Part shown: positions 20,504 through 28,885 of the stretch, piece by piece
Numbering within the stretch: the first letter of the stretch is position 1
Layout: the number at the start of each line of letters is the position of its first letter
From: Candidatus Bathyarchaeota archaeon
GTDB taxonomy: Archaea; Thermoproteota; Bathyarchaeia; Bathyarchaeales; Bathycorpusculaceae
Direction: 5' to 3'
Assembly: GCA_963707955.1 (NCBI GenBank)
Contig: OY970176.1
Location: forward strand, 1,536,001 to 1,600,000
DNA length: 64,000 nt
The notes under the pieces: generated by a model
Seen by the model: only the letters and a program-made list of their open reading frames with translations
What the model was told of the DNA's origin: nothing
Databases searched by the model: none
Position numbers and translations under genes: made by a program

Positions 20504-22450
20504 CTAGACATTTACGCGCTTTAGGCGTAAGGTGTTAAGAAGCACTAGCAGGGTTAAACCGTCGTCGCCTGAGGCTACTGCAAACCATAGAGGAGTCAAG
20601 CCGATCAGCCCCAGCGCACCCAAGACCAACTTAACGGCAATGGACGCAGCAATATTCTGTTTTGCGATCTTGACGGTCTTATCGCTTAACTTAATCATGT
20701 ATGGAATCTGGATAAGCTTGTCTTTGACTAGAACAACGTCAGCAGACTCCAGAGCGACATCGACTCCTCTGCCTCCCATTGCAATGCCCACGTCAGAGGC
20801 GGCCAGCGCCGGAGCATCGTTAACTCCGTCGCCCACCATCGCAACCGGTCCATGCTTGTCTCTTATCTGACCTAGAACTGTAAGCTTGTCCTCGGGAAGA
20901 AGCTCCGCGTGGACCTCATTCATGCCCAGTCTCGCAGAGATTTCACTGGCGATCTCAGTCTTGTCTCCGGTCAGCATCGCTGTGTGGATCCCAGCTCTTT
21001 TCAAAGCTTCTACTGTTTCAACAGCATCATTTCGAATTTCATCAGTCACGCAGATGGTTGCCACGGCAGACCTGTCAATCGACACACAGATGAACGTGTG
21101 TTCATCGTTCTCATAAACCTCAGCTATCTGGTCACAGTTGCAAACGTTTTCTTCCATTAGTTCCATGTTTCCAACGGCCACATGAGCGTCATCAACGTAG
21201 CCGATGAGCCCTTTGCCTGGAACCTCCTTCACTTCCCTAACTTCCATTTTACTGAAATCCAAGTTGCGCTCAGCTGCCTTTCTCACGATGGTCTGAGCAA
21301 GAGGGTGATGAGAATACTGTTCTAGGGCAGCAGCGTACATCAGCGCACGCGACCCTGCAGGCTCAACGTCGTTCACGTTGTGCACTGTGGGCTCGCCGAA
21401 CGTCAGTGTTCCAGTCTTGTCGAAAACAACCGACTTGACCTTGGCCAATTTTTCGATGTAGATGCCGCCCTTGACGATCACTCCCTTTCTCGCGGCGATC
21501 GTTACTGCCGTGAAAACGGTTGCTGGAACCGAGATGATGAATGCACTCGGGCATGCGATCACCAGAAGCGTTAAGGATCTGTACAACCAAGTTTCGAATG
21601 GTCCACCAAAAACTCTCGGAAACACCAGCGCCGTCAGGACAGCTAAGGATATGACTATCGGGATGTAGATGCGCGCAAACCTGTCCACTAACTTTTCGAC
21701 GGATGCCTTTCTTTTCCTAGATTCGATGACAAGTCTACCAATCCTTGAAGCCAAAGTGTCTTGAGACCCTGTCTTCACAATGACCTTAAGAAGACCATTC
21801 AAGTTCAACGTGCCCGCGTAAACATAATCATTGACCGCTTTTGTCATAGGAACTGATTCCCCTGTGATGAGGGACTGATCAACAAGAGAGTTACCATCGA
21901 CCACAACCCCGTCGAGAGGGATTCTCTCACCGGGCTTCAGAAGGATAATCATGCCTGGCTGAACTTCCTTCACATCAACGCTCGTCTCAGCGCCACTGAC
22001 TAACACTGTTGCTTTATCCGGCATAAACTGCGAAAGCCTCTCAACCGTTTTCCGAGCCCTGTCTTCGATAAAACCCTCAAAATACTCGGCTAACGCGTAA
22101 AGAAAAAGCACGGTCGCAGCTTCGAAGAGAAAACCCAGATAAGCAGCGCCAAATGCAGCTGCTGACATTAGAAACTCGACTGAGAACCTCTTCTCGGCAA
22201 CCAGCTCTTTTAACGCTAAAAGCCCTACGTATACGCCTGCGCTAATGATTGTCAAATAGTACATTATCCTTGAGACCGTTGCAGGCTCGTTGAGCAAAGG
22301 TAAGCTGAAGCCCAGGGGAATTCCATGAAACAAGAGATCAAGCGCAGTCGTTGCTAGGATAGTGAGGCCCAACGCTGCAGAAAGCAGCATCCACTTCTGT
22401 CTGTTCGTTCCTTTGTAAACCTCTGTCTGCTCTTCGTCCCTGCAAGCCAT
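20504..22450 (-). CDS. Heavy-metal P1B-type ATPase (P1B-2-like), no N-terminal metal-binding domain
   Basis: TGES, CPS in the transport helix, DKTGT, HP, GDGVNDAP, late-TM K and DG residues. Confidence 0.95.
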   Translation of the reverse strand: MACRDEEQTEVYKGTNRQKWMLLSAALGLTILATTALDLLFHGIPLGFSLPLLNEPATVSRIMYYLTIISAGVYVGLLALKELVAEKRFSVEFLMSAAAFGAAYLGFLFEAATVLFLYALAEYFEGFIEDRARKTVERLSQFMPDKATVLVSGAETSVDVKEVQPGMIILLKPGERIPLDGVVVDGNSLVDQSLITGESVPMTKAVNDYVYAGTLNLNGLLKVIVKTGSQDTLASRIGRLVIESRKRKASVEKLVDRFARIYIPIVISLAVLTALVFPRVFGGPFETWLYRSLTLLVIACPSAFIISVPATVFTAVTIAARKGVIVKGGIYIEKLAKVKSVVFDKTGTLTFGEPTVHNVNDVEPAGSRALMYAAALEQYSHHPLAQTIVRKAAERNLDFSKMEVREVKEVPGKGLIGYVDDAHVAVGNMELMEENVCNCDQIAEVYENDEHTFICVSIDRSAVATICVTDEIRNDAVETVEALKRAGIHTAMLTGDKTEIASEISARLGMNEVHAELLPEDKLTVLGQIRDKHGPVAMVGDGVNDAPALAASDVGIAMGGRGVDVALESADVVLVKDKLIQIPYMIKLSDKTVKIAKQNIAASIAVKLVLGALGLIGLTPLWFAVASGDDGLTLLVLLNTLRLKRVNV

Positions 22451-22518
22451 CTGTCGTCAGCCTTAAGTTATGAACGCCTAATTTGCGATATTAATCTAGT
22501 GCTGAGGGATACGAGCAA

Positions 22519-22560
22519 AATATTAATATGTTAATACTGTCATTGTTCTAAGTTAATATT
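22519..22560. promoter_or_regulatory. Inverted repeat in the divergent ATPase/nikR promoter (possible NikR operator)
   Basis: AATATTAA (22519-26) ... TTAATATT (22553-60); AT-rich so low specificity. Confidence 0.35.
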
Positions 22561-22576
22561 GCAGGGCGTGAAAAAC

Positions 22577-22975
22577 ATGACCGTGATCAGCATTACGCTT
22601 CCAAATGACCTTCTCGTCAGGTTCGACGACTTCATGAAAGCGCGAGGTTACTACAGTCGGTCAGAAGCCTTTCGAGACGCCGTGAGAAACTTGATTGCTG
22701 AGGCTGACATTGCAAAACTGGAAACTGGCGTCGTCGCTGCAACAATAATGATCACCTCTGACTACGCGAGAAGAGATGTTGACTTGAGGATGAGTGAAGT
22801 CAGACATGAATTTGACGACGTAGTAGTAGAAAACGTCCACAGACACATCGACGACAAATATTGCCTAGAAATCTTCATAGCGCAAGGAAAAAACGAAAGA
22901 ATACTCGACCTAATCGGAAGAGTCAGAGGAATGCGCGGCATTCAACAGGTCAAAGCCATGTTCATGTCCCTATAG
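22577..22975 (+). CDS. nikR: NikR-family nickel-responsive regulator
   Basis: RHH N-terminus (ISITLP...GYYSRSEAFRDAVR), metal ligands H...HxH...C in RHEF...HRHIDDKYCLE. Confidence 0.85.
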   Translation: MTVISITLPNDLLVRFDDFMKARGYYSRSEAFRDAVRNLIAEADIAKLETGVVAATIMITSDYARRDVDLRMSEVRHEFDDVVVENVHRHIDDKYCLEIFIAQGKNERILDLIGRVRGMRGIQQVKAMFMSL

Positions 22976-22995
22976 CTATTGCCACAGCGTAGAGC

Positions 22996-23168
22996 GCGCG
23001 CTAGCGTGTTGCTAAATTCTGGGATTTGACATGATCTCGTTTGGTTATGCTTTGGCTTGACTGGACGCCCATGATTTGTACGTGGAAGTGTTGGGAGAAT
23101 GCAACTATGCTTTGAAGGTGAGCAGAAATTGACACAAACAATTCGCTTTAGCAGCGCCCTAGCACGCT
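22996..23168. mobile_element. MITE-like element, copy 1
   Basis: Ends GCGCGCTAGCGTGTTGCTAAA ... TTTAGCAGCGCCCTAGCACGC; non-coding; direct repeat of 24585-24759. Confidence 0.8.
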
Positions 23169-23314
23169 TCGCTGATGGAAGAAAGTTACTTGTATCTTGT
23201 AGATTCCTCGAAGTGGGGTTTCTAGAGTCTTCTTGTCTTTCTCTTTCTCAATAGGTGAAACACTCTTCACCAAAGAGATAAGTAATCTATCTCTCAATTA
23301 ACCTGTGACTTTGA

Positions 23315-24169
23315 ATGCACAATTGCAATAGTTGGGATTATGCGATTCAAAGGGCAATGTGGCATCCCCTGAACAGAAGAATCATAGAATGTTTGTATGA
23401 TGAGAACTTGTCGTTTACGGAACTGTTGAGTAAGGTTGGTGATGATGGTAATCATGGCAAATTTGGTTATCATCTCAGAACGCTGAGCGAATTCGTTGAA
23501 CTTGAGCCTACAACAAAGAAATATTGCCTAACGGGTAGAGGAAAATTGTTAGCTGACGTGATTTGTGATTTTCGCTTTGTGACTTCAAGAGGAAAGGGAG
23601 CATCGAGATATGCCGAAGACTTGAGAATTGGAGACCATGCTGTTGCCTTGTATGATAATGAAGATTTCAAACGCCGAATATCGTTTCCGTTCCTAAAAGC
23701 TGGACTATCAAGGGGTGAGGCGGTTGTATATATTGTCTCCGAAGATAAACGGGATTCTGAGATTCGAGAAATGCAAAAGTATGGCATAGACTTTGACAGG
23801 CTGCCAAAGGAAGCATTGACAATCATGTCGGCATATGACTGGTATCTAAGAAATGGAAGAGCCAAAACCAAAACAATCGCAACGAATTGGCAGACGCTTA
23901 TTCAAGAGAAGAAGAAAGCCGGATTTGCGGGAGTGCATGCTGCTGGCGAAGTAGCGGTCTTCATCAGCAACGGAAAAAGTGAAGAGTTATTAAGATACGA
24001 GGAATCGTTAGGCAGACAACTTGCTTCTGACGTTTGTGGGCTGTGCCTCTACGATAAGAACATACTTGAAGAAAGATATATCGCCCGAGTCTTCAATTGT
24101 CACGGTCACATAATCTCTAAAGACCTGCTCGGAAAAAGCGCGTGCGCTACAGAAGCTTCAAAACCATAA
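23315..24169 (+). CDS. wHTH + MEDS domain sensory regulator
   Basis: HPLNRRII...FGYHLRTL HTH; GDHAVALY...GLSRGEAVVY...LLRYEE...LCLYD...H MEDS pattern. Confidence 0.85.
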   Translation: MHNCNSWDYAIQRAMWHPLNRRIIECLYDENLSFTELLSKVGDDGNHGKFGYHLRTLSEFVELEPTTKKYCLTGRGKLLADVICDFRFVTSRGKGASRYAEDLRIGDHAVALYDNEDFKRRISFPFLKAGLSRGEAVVYIVSEDKRDSEIREMQKYGIDFDRLPKEALTIMSAYDWYLRNGRAKTKTIATNWQTLIQEKKKAGFAGVHAAGEVAVFISNGKSEELLRYEESLGRQLASDVCGLCLYDKNILEERYIARVFNCHGHIISKDLLGKSACATEASKP

Positions 24170-24233
24170 ATTCAATTTGTGACCGAAGAAGACTTGAATT
24201 AACAGACAAAGAAGTGTTGGAGATGTATCTACA

Positions 24234-24557
24234 ATGAAATGCTTGTTGTGCTCGGCTAATCATACTCTTCACGACATCTCGGAACTAGACAATTCTGAAA
24301 GACAGAAATTGAACAAAGATTACCATCATCTCTTTTTCCAGAACTTTGAAGGAGTTCTTCTTGTTCTTTCAGAGGATGGAAAAGAAGTCAAAGAGGTCAA
24401 GGAAATCTATTCTGCATTGAGTCAAGTCGTGCTGACCATAACGAAAACAACAGAAGAACTAAAGAAGATTTGCATGCGTTGTGGCAGTCAAGTATCCGAA
24501 CTCTTTGAAGGAAATCTTTGCTCGGATTGCTTGTCCCATCTCTATGATTGGTATTAG
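24234..24557 (+). CDS. Cys-rich putative zinc-binding hypothetical protein
   Basis: CxxC..H at the N-terminus, CxxC-x11-CxxC at the C-terminus. Confidence 0.65.
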   Translation: MKCLLCSANHTLHDISELDNSERQKLNKDYHHLFFQNFEGVLLVLSEDGKEVKEVKEIYSALSQVVLTITKTTEELKKICMRCGSQVSELFEGNLCSDCLSHLYDWY

Positions 24558-24584
24558 AGGGTATTGCCTTGTAGACTATCTAAT

Positions 24585-24759
24585 AGCGCGCTAGCGTGTT
24601 GCTAAATTCGTGGAGTTGACATGAACTTGTTCGCTCACGCTTGGGCTTGGACAGATACCTATGATCTGGTATGTAGAAGTGTGAGGAGAACACATGTATG
24701 CTTGGGAGGTAAGCAGAAATTGACACAAACAATTCGCTTTAGCAGCGCCCTAGCGCGCT
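24585..24759. mobile_element. MITE-like element, copy 2
   Basis: 22-bp terminal inverted repeat with 3 mismatches (AGCGCGCTAGCGTGTTGCTAAA / TTTAGCAGCGCCCTAGCGCGCT). Confidence 0.8.
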
Positions 24760-24818
24760 CAAGATCGAACAACTTATATTTTGATTAAATCAACCAAGCA
24801 TGAAATGGGGTTTCTGTT

Positions 24819-25540
24819 ATGACTTGCATTGTTGGAGCCGTCTGCCAAGACGGGATAGTGATAGTCGGTGACAAGAAGGTGAAAGATGGCGAGATGACTT
24901 ACTATGAGAACAAGATAATCTCGGTTGAAAAATATGAGAACCTAGCGGTGGCCGCTGCCGGGTTCTTGGATATACGTGAGAAGTTTGTCCAAGACATAAG
25001 AAACTTGCATCTCCTAGAGAAAAAGGGGTGGTCAAGAAAGACCCGCCAAGAGGATTCGTTGGGCTGACTGAAGATGTTGCTCACAGAATATACGAGATCT
25101 ATGGTCCTCGCTACAAGGCTGAGGGGTTTGACTACGAGTCTGAGGCTTTTGAAGCGCTTGTATGTCACAAGCCCAAGTTGGCTCTGCCGTTCTTGTATTG
25201 CGTCGATGCAGTGGGAACATCAAGCAAAGTGAACGACTACAAGGTCATAGGAACTGGGGCACAGTATGCCTACGTTTTCATCAAACCATCCTATTCCAAC
25301 AAATCAGTTATGAACGACATGGCAGTTATCGTCACGTTCATCATTCGCCTAATAGACGAGTGTAAAATAGACGATTCGATCGGAGCAGACGAAGAGGGCA
25401 AGGTTCAAATCTGGAAGTTCCCGAACAAGGCTGATCCATACGAGGTCGACGGTTCAGAGCTCCAAAAGCTCTTGGATGATGCTGAAAACCGGTTAAAGAA
25501 GTTCAGTAATTTCTTGATACTTGGAAAAAAAGGCTCCTGA
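24819..25540 (+). CDS. Proteasome beta-like Ntn hydrolase, split by an indel in A5G4 at 25020-25028
   Basis: MTCIVGAVCQDGIVIVGDKK (Thr nucleophile, D/K), AAAG, YKVIGTGAQYA, D-S-IG in the second frame. Confidence 0.75.
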
Positions 25541-25577
25541 AAAAACTCTGATAAACGTGCGTTGCTTAGAACGTTCC

Positions 25578-26105
25578 CTAGGAAGGAAATGCTTCTTTCA
25601 GGAAACTGTACGTTTTTTCTCTTTTTCTCAACAGTCTAAACAGTCCTCTATTCGTGATTTTTGAAATTATTTCGCCCTCTTTCATGTGATGGTCGCTGAA
25701 CGACAAGACTCTATCTGGCTTCAATACACGGCTCAGTTCTTCCAGCACGCCGTTCGAGTCCACTAAGTCGTGAAAGGTATCATACAGCAGAACCACGTCT
25801 ACGCTCTCATCTGGCAACCCAGTCTTGCGGTCGGAGAGAATCGTTTCCACGTTTTTGAGGCCGCGCTTTTCCGAAATTTTCTTAACGCTCTCAACGGCAA
25901 GCGGCTCAATGTCCAAGGCGTGAACCTTTCCGGACTCTCCAACAATCTCAGAAACAGCTCTCACGTAGCTGCCTGGTCCACAACCATAATCAAGCACGTG
26001 AAAGCCTTCTCTTATCCCTGCTTCCTTCACAATTTCGCTGCGCGGTCTCAAGAAATCCCGTATCCTGAAAGTGAAAGCCATAGCCTTGAAACCAAAGGTG
26101 GACAT
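25578..26105 (-). CDS. Class I SAM-dependent methyltransferase
   Basis: VLDYGCGPG, VHALDI, ESVDVVLL; likely start MSTFGFK. Confidence 0.9.
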   Translation of the reverse strand: MSTFGFKAMAFTFRIRDFLRPRSEIVKEAGIREGFHVLDYGCGPGSYVRAVSEIVGESGKVHALDIEPLAVESVKKISEKRGLKNVETILSDRKTGLPDESVDVVLLYDTFHDLVDSNGVLEELSRVLKPDRVLSFSDHHMKEGEIISKITNRGLFRLLRKREKTYSFLKEAFPS

Positions 26106-26368
26106 TAGCCTCATGACCTTGACAAGTGTCAACGAATATAAGGGTATCAGCAAAGACCCTGTGTATCCGCAAATCGTGGCACCTGCTTCTGGACGTTACG
26201 GCATGCCGAAAACAAGAGAACACTCCTTGTTAGCCTGTTGCTAACTCCTTCGGCTCTTTCCTCTTGGCTCACGCACTGGATTGATACAGGTTTGTTAAAT
26301 CGCCCCTCTTTAAAGGGCACTGCTTAATTAGGAACAGCGCGCAAGTTGTTGCGCGTGGAGGGAACCTG

Positions 26369-27619
26369 TTGAAAGTTGGCTTCTTTGTTTGGGAGTATCC
26401 GCCACAGCTCGTAGGTGGGCTTGGAACTTATGCTGAGTACATCACTAAAGAGTTTGTTGAAATGGGCCATGATGTGGCCGTTTTCACTCTAAACACGGGA
26501 GAATTGAAGACACATGAGGTCATGAAAGGAGTAGAAGTTCATCGCCCCATGATTGCCGACGCAAGCAACGTCTTCCCGATGTTCGTCACGAATGACTTGG
26601 TGAAATGGGGAACCAACATCCGGTTCTTCAGCGACATCTTCATGTACAACGTTCTGAGCGCCACCAAACTCATCAATGGACTGATCAAGAAAGAAGGCAG
26701 CAAATTCGACATCGTCTGCGTTCACGACTGGCTGAGCAGCATCGCCGGCATAATAACCAAGAATGAGACGAAAATCCCCGTGGTCTTTCACGTTCACAGC
26801 ACCGAGTGGGGAAGAAGCGGAGGACAGGGCTCTGAAGTGGTCTCTCATTTTGAGCAGGCAACAGCACAACTGGTCGATCACATAATAACCGTAAGCTACG
26901 CGATGCACGACGACCTTACTCGCCACGGTTGGAACGAACCCAAGATCAGCGTCGTGTGGAACGGTGTCGACACAGAACGCTACGACCCCAAAAACTGCAG
27001 CCAAGAAGCAATCGATGGATTAAGAGAAAAGTATGGAGTTCAAAAGGATTGGAATCTGGTGTTGTTCGTCGGCAGGCTCACCTGGGTTAAAAGCGTCAGG
27101 AACTTGGTGCAGGCTATTCCGATGGTTCTCAGCGAGTATCCGAAAACCAAGCTTGTCATCTTGGGCAGAGGCGAAGAGCAAAAGGATATACTGGAGATGG
27201 CGGCCAGACTTGAAATCGGAGAAAACGTTATCTGCCGCTTCGAATTCGTCCCAGAAGACGAAAGAATTCTGCACTACGCGGCGGCTGACCTCTGCGTTTT
27301 TCCCTCCGTGTACGAACCGTTCGGCATCGTGAGCCTTGAAGCGATGGCCATGGAGAAACCGATAGTGGTCGGCGCCCACGGAGTAGTGGGGTTCAGAGAG
27401 CAGGTCATCCCTTCTGGTCCAAATCAAACCGGAGTTCACGTAAACGGCGAAGACCCAACCGACATAGCCTGGGGAATAAAAGAGATACTGAAGGACCCAC
27501 AGAGGGCAAAAACATGGGGCCAGAACGGACGCAAGAGAGCTCTTGAATTCTTCACTTGGAGAAAAGTTGCAGAACAAACAATTGACATATACAAATCCGT
27601 TATTAGCAACAAGAGCTAG
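26369..27619 (+). CDS. GT4 glycosyltransferase (glycogen-synthase-like)
   Basis: WEYPP..VGGLG, HDW, HSTEWGR, FVGRL, PSVYEPFGIVSLEAMA. Confidence 0.95.
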   Translation: MKVGFFVWEYPPQLVGGLGTYAEYITKEFVEMGHDVAVFTLNTGELKTHEVMKGVEVHRPMIADASNVFPMFVTNDLVKWGTNIRFFSDIFMYNVLSATKLINGLIKKEGSKFDIVCVHDWLSSIAGIITKNETKIPVVFHVHSTEWGRSGGQGSEVVSHFEQATAQLVDHIITVSYAMHDDLTRHGWNEPKISVVWNGVDTERYDPKNCSQEAIDGLREKYGVQKDWNLVLFVGRLTWVKSVRNLVQAIPMVLSEYPKTKLVILGRGEEQKDILEMAARLEIGENVICRFEFVPEDERILHYAAADLCVFPSVYEPFGIVSLEAMAMEKPIVVGAHGVVGFREQVIPSGPNQTGVHVNGEDPTDIAWGIKEILKDPQRAKTWGQNGRKRALEFFTWRKVAEQTIDIYKSVISNKS

Positions 27620-27867
27620 ACTAGCTCTTCCTGTGATGCGTGATTCCATAGAGAGGAAAAGCAGTTAGATACGTATCGGTCAGCTGTACAAGTAGGTATG
27701 GTTTCTTGTTTTGCTTGGTTCGTTGAGGACGATGCGTCTTAGTATTCGTTTCTTGGGAAGGCATCTTTCAGCTTTTGTCGGGGCAGAGATGAGCGGCTTT
27801 GGAAAAATACGTGCACCGTTTGGGGTTCGCGGGTCGCTTCTCTTGCTCTGACAGTCCCTACCCCGGG

Positions 27868-28125
27868 TCAGCGATATGATCCAAATATGTGCGGAGATTT
27901 TCTCCACGTTAGGGTTAGGGTCTTATCACGGAACATCGTGCAAGTCGAAACTTGTGAAGAATGTGTCGAAAGTGTAGAACGGAAAAGCATGTATAAGCTA
28001 TTTTCTTTTATATGAGTTCTGAAGAATTTGTCCCTTTGTATTTTGATTTCCTTTCGACGCAACTCTAACCGTGCATCATCTGAAGCTCTCTTCTTTGCTG
28101 CAGATAATTTCTTCTTCGTTTCCAT
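27868..28125 (-). CDS. Small basic hypothetical protein or gene remnant
   Basis: 85-aa ORF in an AT-rich patch; no motif recognised. Confidence 0.3.
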   Translation of the reverse strand: METKKKLSAAKKRASDDARLELRRKEIKIQRDKFFRTHIKENSLYMLFRSTLSTHSSQVSTCTMFRDKTLTLTWRKSPHIFGSYR

Positions 28126-28227
28126 CTTTCAAGAGAGCGTCATATGGATGGTCGTATAACACCAAGATGGGCATTCATCGTGATTTCCGTTGATACGATG
28201 AAGAGAAAAAAGAAAAGAAATGGAGAC

Positions 28228-28593
28228 TTATGTGGGTCTGTCGTATCGGTAGTGCATTACCTCAAGGGTTCCCCATGCTATGGCTACGAAGAACAGCATA
28301 GCTGCAATGACGCCAAATAACCCGAACTCGATCAGCCAGAACTCTATGGTTGCAAGGAATGGCGCTACTAAAGTCAGCAGCATAAGAAACCCTATGGGTA
28401 TCGTCTCTGGTACGGTATGGCTTGGGTTCTTCTCACGGAAGAAAAAGAACCTTACAGCCTCAGAGTCATACCACTGGACTATAATACCAACAAATATCTG
28501 AATACTGTCTGAAATGTGGTTGCTAACACCATGCAACCTATCGCTGAAACGTACAACAATAGCTTTTTTGGCTTGCTTCCCACTTCCTCCCAT
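28228..28593 (-). CDS. Hypothetical membrane protein
   Basis: GGAAGGA upstream of ATG; two C-terminal hydrophobic helices. Confidence 0.55.
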   Translation of the reverse strand: MGGSGKQAKKAIVVRFSDRLHGVSNHISDSIQIFVGIIVQWYDSEAVRFFFFREKNPSHTVPETIPIGFLMLLTLVAPFLATIEFWLIEFGLFGVIAAMLFFVAIAWGTLEVMHYRYDRPT

Positions 28594-28885
28594 TCCTTCC
28601 CACCCTCAACTTTCCCTTTTCACCCATTAATTAGGGCAATCTCTTAACCTATTGAATACCTTAGCCTCGGTTATTATTATGCTTAGCTTAGAGTTTCGAT
28701 GCTTAAACATTATGATTTGAAATTGGTATGGTGAGGAAACACTAACGAAAGAAGTCATATTTGCACGGCAACAGAAGATACATCGGATGCTTAACAATGA
28801 AAAAACACAAGTTTGAAAAACCAAAGATTAGAGATACTAGATTGGAAGTATTTTTGTCTTGAATATGAATGCGCGATGAGCGGTG

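Noticed and set aside
22996-24759. 175-bp repeats as integron attC sites
   Set aside because: No RYYYAAC...GTTRRRY boxes in the right arrangement, the interior is not self-complementary, and there is no integrase in the window
25018-25028. Programmed -1 frameshift in the Ntn hydrolase
   Set aside because: G_AAA_AAG is an imperfect slippery site with no clear downstream structure; other indels in the window point to homopolymer error
28627-28824. 65-aa ORF in AT-rich DNA
   Set aside because: Overlaps the probable promoter of the 28593 gene; no coding signal
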